This document shows, piece after piece, positions 11,501-23,500 of a DNA stretch of 64,000 nucleotides. This DNA is from Yuukianura sp. NJ FZ-2021. Its lineage: Eukaryota. The DNA lies in contig CM102288.1 of the NCBI GenBank assembly GCA_046563655.1, positions 2,790,001-2,854,000 of the forward strand. Direction: 5' to 3'. Numbering within the stretch: position 1 is the stretch's first letter; each line of letters begins with the position of its first letter. The notes under the pieces were generated by a model. The model was not told the origin of the DNA. It did no database searches and was given only the letters and a program-made list of their open reading frames with translations. The translations under genes were made by a program, and so were the position numbers.

Positions 11501-14500
11501 CCCTGAGTTGTCACTTGTTGTGCGCGCCGAAGCTTCGGGATTGGTTGAATTTGCAGTGACATAAAATTCATAACTTTTCTTCACTTCTGTTCCATGTCTC
11601 GGTTGAAAGTAGATGCGGAGTTTGGCAGTATGAAATGTTGGCAGTGGATTGCCAATGTCACACTTGATTGTATTGTTCGTAGAGGGGCTAGGGGCGGAGC
11701 ATAGGATGGGAATTTCCTTGGCCGTGTCCAGTGGATCCACGGTGACATAGGTCAGTCCTTGTGGTACTTGAATGTACAGCATACTTTCAAAACTGGCCTC
11801 TCCGTGGTTCAGCACTTCCACTTCAATCCAAATACGACCAGTCGATCCCATTACAAATGCAGCATCGGATCTGATTTTGAAAAATATTACAAAATATTTA
11901 GAAATTTTGAAAGCTTTGATGAATTTATGACCGAGTTTATGTCGTTTAAGATGGCGAAAGGCAGTGGTGTGGTGAAAGTGTCAAAATGGCGGGAAAAAAC
12001 ATTTGACTTACTGTGACACCCGAACTCGTAAATCAGGAACACAGACGTTGTCAGGTCCACAGTCCTTGCCTGTCCACCGAAAAAACCGAAATCGGAGTGA
12101 AAGCGCGGGTTTTTAGAATTGGTTATAACATAACATAATGTTATGTGTATCTGTGTGTAACTTACGAATGGATACGCTGTCACGATCTGTTGTTGACCCC
12201 GTGAGGTCAATGACCGGAGCCAAATGTCGTGCTTGTCTTTGTCTTTCTACCATTGAGTAACGCAGTTCAGCTTCCAGTGCTGTCAACTTGTCACGGATCA
12301 GAGGCTGAAAATAATCACTTTCGCTTGTAACAATTTTTCTCTAGATTTTTTCGGACTTTTTCGAAATTCATCTAAAAATTCAATTTGTGGTTGAAGGCTA
12401 AGCTAAAATACAACCCAGCACTTAAATGGAAGGTCAAGGCAGCTTTCTCCATTTACTTTTCGGATTTTAAAAAAGTGGACTTTTCGGATTTAAAAAAAAA
12501 TCGATCTTCGCCCACTTTTTTAAAAAACGGTGAAAGTCCACAAACGTCCAACTCGTAAATCCCTTTATCTCTTTGCATTTCTCTTCTTTCTCCTTGCAGG
12601 AGTGGTGGCTTTTGATCACACTTTTGAGAAGGAAAGGGGAGGGGGGCCTCTCAAGGGCTCCCCGTTCATAATATGCAAATATTTCATTTTGGACGGCATG
12701 CCCCCTCCTTCCCGCTTTTATTTGAAAATATACTTTATGACTCTCTCTGAATTCGTTTTATCTTTTTTACCGCGGACACTACGTGGAGCGCCGTGGCGGA
12801 AACATGGACAAGGGCCAGCAGAGGGCAAACTCGTTATGTCCAAAGTCAAAAGAAAGTTCCGGGAAGGGCCCCCTTGAAAAAATGCAGAGGGGGTCCCTTC
12901 CCACCAAGAAAAATTGTTTTTGTGGAAAGCGATTGGAAATGGCTTGGAACGTCGTAAAAAGTGAAAAGAAGGGGAAATTTTTTTCAAAAAATTTAACAAA
13001 ATTTTGTTTTTCGGAACCGAAAAATTTTGGGTTTAGTTTGAAACTTTGCAAAAACTGTTTTTTTTTGCCCCATTCCAAATTTTACAGTGTGTAAAAGTAT
13101 TACAGGGGTTTGGGACAAAAAAATTTGGTCATTTGAAATTCAAAATCAGCGTTTGGGACGGAGAAGGCGTTTACATTGACAATAACACTTTGGTACATAA
13201 AATCGACTTTGCAAAAAAGCGTGGACTGTTTTGTGTTATTTCGTAGTGAAAATTTAGAGGGTAGAGAAAGTTGTTTTTACTCGTGTCATAAAATTTCAAC
13301 CAAGTTTTCTGCAGCCTGTTTTCTCCTCTCCCTAAAGAGGAAGTTGGAGCGATTACTTTCTGCTTAAGGAGAAAGTCTCAGTCTTTGTTATGTTTTTCCT
13401 CATGTCTCCTTTGCATCCAAATGAGGCTCTGTCCTCACCTTTAAGTGCTTTTGTAAATGGGTTTTTTTCTAGACTAAAGAAAAAAAGAAACGAAAAAACA
13501 GCCAATTTTTTTGAAAATGGGCCTGTTTTTGTTGACTAAGATTTTTGACTCTTAAGGCATGAGAGGAAATCCTAACTATTGTGGAATTGGGTTTCATTAG
13601 TCTCAAAAGCATTACTTTTCCATTCCATTTCGTTCTGATTAAGGCTCTTGATAGGCCCTTGGAACTTTTCAGAGCCCTTGGAACTATCTTACTTTTTAAG
13701 AAAAAGTAGTTTTTTCTTGTTCCAAAAGAAGATGATAGAAATGAAAGTTTGTTGTTGACAGTAAGAGTCATTTTCCATTTCCATTTTGTAACAAGAAAAA
13801 AAGGAAGTGATCTTCCATATCTAAGAAGACTCATCTCAAGAAGAAGTTCTTTTGTGCCTAAAAGAATCCGGGTGACTCTAATCGGAAACTACGACGACCA
13901 GGAGAGTAGCAGAGGAGGAGATGGAAATGATAATGGACACTTTTAGTTTTTCAGAAGAAAAGTTTGGAAAAAGCCACCGCGGTGGCAGCGGTGGAGACGC
14001 AGGCTAACCACCGCGGCGGTTTTTGTAAATTGGAACTTGTGTTTCTCTGGAGAGAAGTTGAAAGAAAGTGGTTCTGGAACATTTGGCAGAAATTTAACAA
14101 ACTGCTGCTGTTTTTTTGCTCAAGATGAAGAATTTTGTAATTAAAACTAATATTTTTAATTAAAAATTAAAGTTAAACTTACACGAATGTAGACGTCGGT
14201 AGTAGAACATTGTTCAACGCCTTTGCGCAGACGCACGGTCGAATTCCAGGAGTGAACGCCTTCATTGTTCAGAAAAAACATTCGGTGTTCTTTAGTTTTT
14301 TGGGAATCCAGAATATACTCTACGTTGAAATCTGAAGAAAAAGACAAATTTTTAGTTCCACTTTGAAAAAAAAATGTCGGAAATTGTCATTATAAAAAAA
14401 AATCCTGGAAAATTTTTCAATTTTTAAAAAGACGAGATCACAGAATGTTACTCCATTTTTTCGGAATCGATACTAGAAATTTTTCAACTTCAAAAAAACC

Positions 14501-17500
14501 GTTCCTCTCTTGAAAATATTTTTGAAAAAATCGGTTTTTTCTTACCGATTACATCATCAGCTCCGAATCCATCGTAACTCATACAGAGTGAAAGCGGAAA
14601 GCAGGCGACCCTAGTTTGTCGATCTCTCAGAGCACATTTTTTCTCTTCCAAGTTGATTTGTTTTCCAGCCGTAAATGTCAATTTTGACCGTACGCGAACC
14701 ACCGGTCGAGAGCTAAGAAAACCAAGTTAGGTTTATATTAGGCTAAAAGTTAGGCTAACCTAAAACCTAATAAAAGAAACACAGACAAGATGAAATCCGA
14801 GATGGAGACACAAATGAGCCAAGGTTGAACCGAAACCATTAATCCGATTTAGGTTCAACGTCTTTTCTTGTATTCTGGAACAACAAGAGTCAAAATCTAG
14901 CCTAAAACGGTGGATTATATACTAAGGTTAACCTCAAAAAAGTAAGGTTTCAAATTACGAAGACTGTTAGACCATAATTTTAGGTTTAACTGCCTGTTCA
15001 AACAAAACCTGAATAGAAACTTTCAAGAAAGAAACTCAAGCGTTTTTCTTTGGTGCAGAAACGTTGTTTGGACCAAAGGCAGCATCAGCCTCTGCATCGT
15101 CTTTTCCAAGTCTATTTTGGCTTCACTGAAGCGTAAAACCAACTTTCATGGTCTCTGTCAGAAATGATACAATTTGCATTCTAGATTTTCCGTTTCCTTT
15201 AAGTTTTCTCCTGGAGGGAAAGTCTTTTTGTATTCTCTTTTATAAATAAGGAAATCGCTGATTCGGACACAGAAACACGGTTCTGGACAAACGTTAATTG
15301 TGTTGTTTCAACTTCAAAGAAAATCGAAATCGCTGTTTCGATTTCCCCGAAAAAGAATCGAACCAAAGGGAATCGTTAAAACTTTACCGAAAGAGAGCTA
15401 CGATGTCGGATTCGTAGGCGCCGACAAGTAAATCTGGATATCCATTGCCATCCATGTCACGACCTCCAGAAATACTAAATCCAAATGTACTCACAGAGTG
15501 TGGAAGACTCGCACCGTGAATGACCTGCAAAATGTCAAAGGTCATGTTAGTTTATATACATGTTTTATGGGCAGTTGAGGCTGAAGCGGATCAAAAAACG
15601 TTTTTACTACGACGGTTTAGGACGTTTTTGGGCGTGCAAGTCACGAGAAAAGTGTTTTTTTTGTACTGTAAAATGAAAACGTTTCTGCTTCTAGCTTTAA
15701 AAAAACGTGTTTTTGTGTACAAGCGATGACTTTGAGTGTAAACATTGTTGCTAATAAATTTTTGGCGGGCAAACATGAACTCACTTGAGTAAACTCTTTG
15801 CGGACACCATTTTGTGTACCCTGGAAAATGTAAACTGCCCCGCGGTCGTACAGGCCTGCATAAGGGGCTCCCACAGCAAAATCTGGAAAACCAAAATCGA
15901 TTAGAGTAAAAACAACAGAGATAGTTCCGGTGTACGCAGTTGGATGTCAAGGTCAAAGGTTACTCTTTTGCAAAAAGCGGGAATTTAAAAAGTTTTACCA
16001 TCAATGCCATCTCTGTTGATGTCTCCAAGTGATGTTACGCTCAACCCAAAGCGTCCACGGTGTGCCGTGCCGTCCAAGGCCTCCCAACGTCGAAACCTTT
16101 TCTGAAAATTTCAAAATTGGAACAAAAACATTAATCAAAAATTTGAAAATTTCGCAAAAAAAAAATGAAGAGCTTGTCATGGTGGCATGTGCCAAAATGG
16201 CACATTCTCATGTAGTAAGTCCTGTGTCACTGTCACGTGACTACATGTCACGTATGGCACTTGGAACAACATCAGGAAAACGCAATTGACCTCGCTTTCT
16301 AACTTCACCGCAGAAAAATTCACGATTTCTCTCAAGCTTTCTCTTTTTTGTACGATTGAGCAATGGATACTCTAGCTTTTAATTAAAATTCTGATTTTTT
16401 TTTTGAAAAAGTGCAAATATTTGAAACACTGACCCGTTTGTCCCGACTTTGACCTGGTATGTCTTGGTAGACGACATACACACGACCAGTTTCAATTTTC
16501 ATGGCAGTGTCCTGGAAGTCAGTGTACATGGGAGCTCCAATGACTATGTCATCCAGTCCATCTCCATCTACGTCCAGGACGCACAGGGAGTATCCAAAAT
16601 AGGCTCCAATTTGTTCTCCAGTTATGTTTTGAATGTGACCCAACTCAGAAGTGAGCACCACAACCTGAAATAAATTCAATTTCAACTTTCAATTTAAAAA
16701 AAAACGAAATTGAGAAAGATGGATTCTGACAATCAGAATTGAGAAATGTTTAAAGATTTTTCATTTGATCAACTTTCTCTCTTTTTTCAATTTCCAAATT
16801 CAATTTGATAGTTCATTGCCCATGAAAGCAAAAATGAAAGCTTAAAAAACTTTTGGAATTTGGAAATTTTGGAAATGATCACAATAATTTCACGTTTCAT
16901 TTCAACTTCACTTTTGAGTAAAAAGAAAACCCGTCATGACCAAAGTTTCATGCGGCGATATAATTTGAAATTCGAAAATTTTTTGAAAATTGACTTTCTT
17001 TTTCAAAATTGAGAAAGTTATGTCAATGTGAGACTAACCTTTCCTGTCAAATTGGATCCTCGTGGCATGCCTACAGCTACGTCAGTGTCCTGGTCACCGT
17101 TGAAGTGTCCAGTGACGACGGAGTACCCAAGGTAACTGTCGTCATCTCCACTGGGCCCCTCTTGTGTCCACCGAACGTCCGGTCGCAGAGTGGAACTCTG
17201 ACTGTACAGTTGCCCTGGTCAGGTCAAGCAAAAATAGAAAAGATTTTTAGCAATTTTAGAATTCTCGAAATTTAGAATTTTAGTTGAATTGTTATAAAAA
17301 GCGCAAAAAATCATTGAAGTTTGGATTTATACTGCAGTTAGTGTCGTAATTCGCCGCAATTCAGATTTGTTAGAATTTTTCAGAATTCCGCCACTGCACT
17401 GGTTACTGTGACTTTGATTAATCGATTAATCCACCATTGTGCTTAGCTGTTAAATTTTAACGTTCCTTCACCAAAAGACAAAGGTCAAATGTTAGGTCAA

Positions 17501-20500
17501 CTGTGAGTGACTGGTCAGTGGTGGTTAGGAAACTTTTAACTTTTGAGTTGACCTTGGATCCTACCTGGCGGAACAGATTGGAAAGTAGGGGGTCGCCCCC
17601 CGGTTTGTGCTGCCTTTCGTGAGTCAATCATATACATTTGACCTGGACAAGAAATTTATGCAGAGGTCAAAGGTCAATCAAACACTTCAAGACTTCAGCA
17701 ATCACCATCCGTCACTTTTTTACTATTTAATCTACAGAATTTCTGGCGCCAGTTTGAATAATAATTCATCACAGCAATTTTCAGCCCATTTTTTTCATTT
17801 TTCTTTAAAGTGAAAGTTTTTCTTACCTTGCCAGTACCAGCTTCCGACAGCTCCCAGAAAGATTCTTCGTCCTGCCTGAAATTCAAAATTTTCAATTTCA
17901 GTTTGACCTTGACCTTGAGAAAAGTGGGGTCAAACTTACAGGATCAACGGCTGCTCCAAGTCCCACTTGACACGAACCCTGTCGATGGTAGCCCCATTTT
18001 GCTAGAAGAAACAAATTGGTTTTTGGTTTTTGAAGTGAAAGCTCTAGTTTTTGATTTAAAATCTTTCAATTTTGATTGTGATATGTGAGTTTTTTTTTTC
18101 TTTTCTTGAAATTTTGAAAAGTGGTATTTCTTACTTGTTCTGCAGGGTGAGTACTCTACAAATTCTGTAAATGAGTCTTTGGCCACGTAGCAAGTACCGA
18201 CAGGGTCACGCCGCTTGCGATTTGACGTGAACCAAGTATAACGTGGAGCACAAGCCTAGAATAGACAATCACACAGAGTCATTTTCATTCTACCGGCATC
18301 ACGTTCATCTCCCCATTTTACACATGTACATTAGAGATGTACTTTTCCAAAAAAAAAATATAGCTTGTGTCGTGTCTTGTTCTTTTTTGGCAAAAGTTCC
18401 ATTGTGTCTCAATTTGCAAACATACGCATCCTACAACTAGGGCTGTCAAGTCCGGACTCGATCCTCGGACTAGTCCGGACTTTGTTTTTGAAAGTCCGGG
18501 TCCGAGTCCGCGGACTTAGTAGGTCGGAGTCCGGACTTTGGTCTAAGAATTCAACTCAATTTGTCATATGTGACGAGATGTAATTTGGTGGTTAGGTTAG
18601 GAAAAATTAGGAAATTTAAGCCACGAAATCGGGGAAACAGTTTTTGTGTTTACGTTCGGCGCGGATATGAGTGCGAGGGTAGAAAATATCGAGCCGAACC
18701 GACCCGCGTTTCGACCGTCATAACGTAAGATACGTTCAGTATTCGAGGGGAAATTGCGAAGCGTAGTTCGGTTCGAGGCCGGGAATTTTGGGGGGAAGCG
18801 CAGTTTGGGTAGGTTTGATTTTTGATTAAAAATGAAATATTCTGGTTAAATTAAATTAGTTTTAATTAAAATTAACTTAAAAATTAAAAAAAAAAATTTA
18901 CAATGTCTAAGTTTCAATCCTTCAAATTCGAAGATCTTGTTTTGATACATTTCCTTCGAGAAACTCATGGAGAGTGACCTTAAGTGTATATGTTTCGCCT
19001 AAAAGTCATGGTTGTTCGACATCAACACTTGCAATAACGTCAGGTCCACTTTAACCAATGATACGCTGGATAACTTTTCCTCACTGCGTGTCTATTTCCA
19101 ACTGCATGACTTTTGAATATGTTAAAATCCACAGCGGCATAGTAAATATAAGCTTAATTTATGAAAATTTCGTAATTTTAACGGAAGATTGTGGTATAAG
19201 TCCGAGTCCGGACTTGCCCGGACTTTAAATTTTGAGTCCGTCTGAGTCCGAAGTCCGGACTTTTCAAAACATGGCCGGACTTGACAGCCCTACCTACAAC
19301 CATCCACTTACACTATAAGTAGCTTTCCCAGTTCAACCCTAACCTCAAGATTTTCAAAAATATCGATTTTGAAAAAACGAAACTTAAAAACATACCAGCC
19401 AAAACCATTTCGAGGTTTAAAAAACAGCGAATTGGCAGATTTAGGAGGATTTGAGCAAACGGAGATGAAAAGTAGAGTTAAAATTTGAAAATGTGAATGT
19501 GGAAATTTGGAAATATGTTGGTGTTGATATGAACAGGAGAAGATTTTTGACAGAAACGGAAGGATATGGATTGTGGGTGGGTGTTAAGACTTTGTTAGAA
19601 TTTTGAAATTACTTTTGAAGACTCAAACAGAAGTTGGTGAAGCGTTAAAAAGTGATTTAAGTCCCCGGGAAAGCGTTTCCTCTGGAAGATTTTGAATTTG
19701 TTGTTGCGGGAGTTATGGGTGTTATAGTAAAAGGGAGAGAATAAGCTAAACCGTAAGCTATGTGTTAGACTCCAATTTTAAAAATAGAAAAGATCCGGAA
19801 GGAATCACATCTTTCCACTTTTTTTTTCTTGGTTGGTAGAAGACGAAAAGTACGAAGGAAGACACACCAAAAAAATAATAGGAAACTGGATCTATCTTTT
19901 TCTCTAAACTTCAAGCGACTCGCACAAATTTATTCGAACGTGCTCAAATTCTAATCTGCAGATGAACAAAAATAAGGCAGCGACAAAATAACAAGAACAG
20001 AAATGATTTTTAAAAAATGAAGCGTTTTTTTTTTTAAATGCAGAGATTTTCAAAAATACTAAAGCACGTTCCCGTTCTGTTTCCAACTTCGTCTCCGAAA
20101 GAAAATCTCAGATTTTTGGAAATCCGTTTTCGAAATTTTCTTGCAGTTCTGTCTTGTTGCATTGCCTGTAAGGTTAATAATACAATACAACCAGCATTTG
20201 TATTTGACTATTAGTAAAATTGAATTAACTTGACCTTGAACCTGTGAACTCTGCTGACGGTGACCTTTGACCTTTCGGTGCCGACTGTAACCTTAAGTGT
20301 TTGTCTTAAACTTGACAAGACAAGGTTAGCGTAAGTAAGAGATTTTAAAACTACTTTGCTAATCTTGGAAAGTTTGTTTCGCACTCCACTGCACCTTTCT
20401 CTTTGGACTTTCTCTCTCCAGGTTAACATTAGGCTAAAGCCAGTTTGCTTTTGATTCTAAATTAATGTACCCTGTGTGGGAAGTAGTCAACCACACACCA

Positions 20501-23500
20501 TTTGCTCTTTCTTTTAAGACACTTTGAACATCAATCACTTCTATGCTGGAAGCTGATTTAAAGTGAAAGCCCTTGATTGAGTTTTAACAAATTTCCAAAG
20601 TAGTTGCTGAGTTAGGCCTCATAGTCACCGTCTTCCTGGAACCTCAGAGAGACTTATGGAAATTCTCTAGTGAAAATCCAAATGAACATGATGAACAAGG
20701 AAGTGTGCTGATCCTTCCACAGGAGTCCCTTAAGGGATATCCTATTTTTAAATTGAGTTAAACAGGGAATTCAGAGGAAGGGAGAAAGGAGAGGAGAAAG
20801 TGGCAGATTTATTACCTGTCGGAACCTGTCAAACTTTCACTTTCCAAAATTCATTGGAGGCAATTTACCAAACAACGTTTCCTCAGATTTTAGGACACAA
20901 GTTCTCAGTAATTGAAAAAGTCGCGAATTTTCAAAAAACGAAAAAAAAAAAAGAATTTAAGAACTGGAAATAATTTTTGGTTTTTAGTTAATTTGTATGG
21001 CAGTTGTTGTTTTGCCTAAAGCCTCTTATTAGTCAGTTGCAAAATTTACAGCTTTTTGTCATTTCATTCCGAAAAGCTTTCAGTTTTGTCATTCCTTTGA
21101 TTTCCTTGCAATTCACTTTTTTTGACGATTCGAACAGATTTTCACCAAGTTATTACCGCCATAAGTAGTTATGTTGGCTAGGTTATTACAAACTAACTTT
21201 GTTTAACTTTGGTAAAAGTTAGGCTAGTTATGTTAAAGTTTGGTTGGGATCCTATGTAATTGGATCCCATTAGAGAAAACCAATAGACTTTCACCATGTA
21301 CGAAAGTAGAAGAAAGCTATCATCACTTCTTGTAGCAGCTGAAAGTTTACAACCCCACAAAAGAATGGAATCAGTAAGAGAAAACAATTTATGAAGAAAT
21401 TTTGGTCCAGAGTGTTTCTGTGCCTGCTGTCACTACGGATGTTTCTGGTTAGTTGGAATTACCACACCATATGATTTACGTTAACTCAAAGTTAGAATTT
21501 TTCTGGTTGAGGTTAGGTTTATGTTGTGCTCTTTTGGTTTATCTGGAGATGATAAGTTAAGGTTTGGGTTGTAAAGATTTTTGTGGAAAGCACTTTCCCC
21601 TAATCACCCCTCTACTCTCAGAAAACAGGAAAAGTGAAAGTGATAAAAACTAACGAGGATAATCCCGTCTTCCCCTGATGACTTCACTGTGGCTCCAAAC
21701 CATTGGTTCGACTTGTCATCAATTTCACTCCCCTGCGCAACATTGTTCCCTGAAAACATAAAAAGAATCAAAAAAGTTTTGAAAAACTCAGATTTCCAAA
21801 ATTAGTACAAAGATTACAATCTAGATGAACAGAACCACGCCCACCACGCCCAAACAAGATTTTGGCGAAAACAGAAAACTTAAGATTTGGGAATACCTAA
21901 GACGTTTTTTTAATAATCAATTTGCTTTCTCCACAAATTCTACATTGTAGTGAGTTCGAAATTTTGGAAAGTAAACTTTCACCTTTTGAAATTCTATATC
22001 TTTTCTCTTTTGAAAAGTTTCGTTTTTGATTGGCAAAGGAAGAAATGGAGGTTGGTTTGAATTGGATTGTGGAAAATGGACTTGATTAGCATTCGAAGCT
22101 CATCAACACTTCCAGAAAAGTGTCTCCTTGGAGAGTATTTCTGTGCAACTGGGAATTCCAAGTCAATCCAAACCTGTCGAGGTTGAAGTGACATAGTGTC
22201 ATGTCCATGTGACCTTTGACCTCTCGAGTCGTTTCTTTTATAAATGAGCCCCTTCTGGCTTCTACGCCCAGTCACTCTCACTTTTCAATCTTCCCTACCC
22301 TAACATTTCTTGTACTTAATGAAGCTCATGAGGAAGCTGCTTCATTTATTCTAGACAACATTAAAGTTAATGGTTTTCAAAAATTTCAAAAATGACACTG
22401 GAAGCTTCTATTTTCAAAAACTATTTCTTGAAAATGAAATAAAACCAGAAGCCATTTGAAAAATTTCAGGTCAAAGGTCATGCATAAATCGACCTTTGCA
22501 GATAGCTCGTTCGCTTGTTGTACAAATTCGGGTAATAAACAAGTGAAACTAAACAATGAATTCAATTGTTTTGAAAAATTTTAGGTCCAAGGACTCTGCA
22601 TTTTGAATGAAGGAACCCTTATGAGGGAGGGCTCATTTAAAATTTTAAACTTTTTCAATGTCTCGACTTGTTTGAACATTTTGAAAACAAAAAATTGAGA
22701 AACCAGAAGCCTCAACCAAAACGTCCACCGTTGAAACATAAAGTGAACATGTAAGTTTTTTGGTTCCATTCTTGGAAGATGCAGATGACTATCCTTGTCC
22801 GCTTCCTTCATGGCTCGTGTTCCATCTCTGTCATCTTCCAGCAGCGTCTTCTTGGACGCTGCTGGATTCCAAGGGCTCATTTGAGTTTCGTGAGTCCCTT
22901 TCAAGGGCTCCTCATTTACAATTTTTTTGATTCTGAAGTCCCTCACACACGCACACATACGTTCCAAGTACTTGGCCTTGGGAACAGACGCTTATTGCCG
23001 CAACAATATAAAGTCGAGGAACCCTTAACAGACGTTTGCTGCAGCAATACGGAACAGAGGGACCCTTAATGAAGTGCATGGAAGTGTATAGGAAGGGCTC
23101 AATTACATTTCTACACAGTCACACATCATCTGCTAACGGCCTCTCAGCGAGAACAATTCCTTTTGTTAAGGGCCCCCTTCTGAATTGCCATCTAACACTC
23201 GTGGACGCTCACTGCTGGACCAGCATCTTGCAGCATCTTCGACAGTGAATGCTGGAGCAGTATTTTCATGAATGCTATAGATAACCACTACTGGACCAGC
23301 ATTTTCATGGACGGTGATGCATGGACGAATGAAAAGTTTCGAAAAAGCTTAGGTTATGGTGAAACTTTGGGCGTCCATAAGTCACCGAGAACGTTTCAGC
23401 ATAACGGAGACACTTGGCGCTTGCAGGGAGCCCTTAAGGGGTCCATTCTTGAAGCAGCAAATTACTTCTAGCATGTGACATTTTTTGAAAAAAAAAATCG

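Noticed and set aside
12440..13230. GC-patchy intronic block resembling a transposon remnant, with several overlapping ~100-aa ORFs
   Set aside because: Could not find matching TIRs or a TSD, and the ORFs show no transposase motifs.
13973..14020. 14-bp palindrome GCCACCGCGGTGGC with a degenerate second copy
   Set aside because: Too short and isolated to support a function.
14727..14990. TTAGG/CCTAA-like motifs suggesting interstitial arthropod telomere repeats
   Set aside because: Only scattered, non-tandem copies in mixed orientation; more like low-complexity AACCT-rich intron sequence.
18440..18540. Short repeated GTCCGGACT units superficially like a CRISPR array
   Set aside because: No constant repeat-spacer periodicity and a eukaryotic context; explained as hAT subterminal repeats.
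18768..18782. GGTTCGAGGCC B-box-like motif (tRNA/SINE)
   Set aside because: No cloverleaf or properly spaced A box; it lies inside the hAT element.
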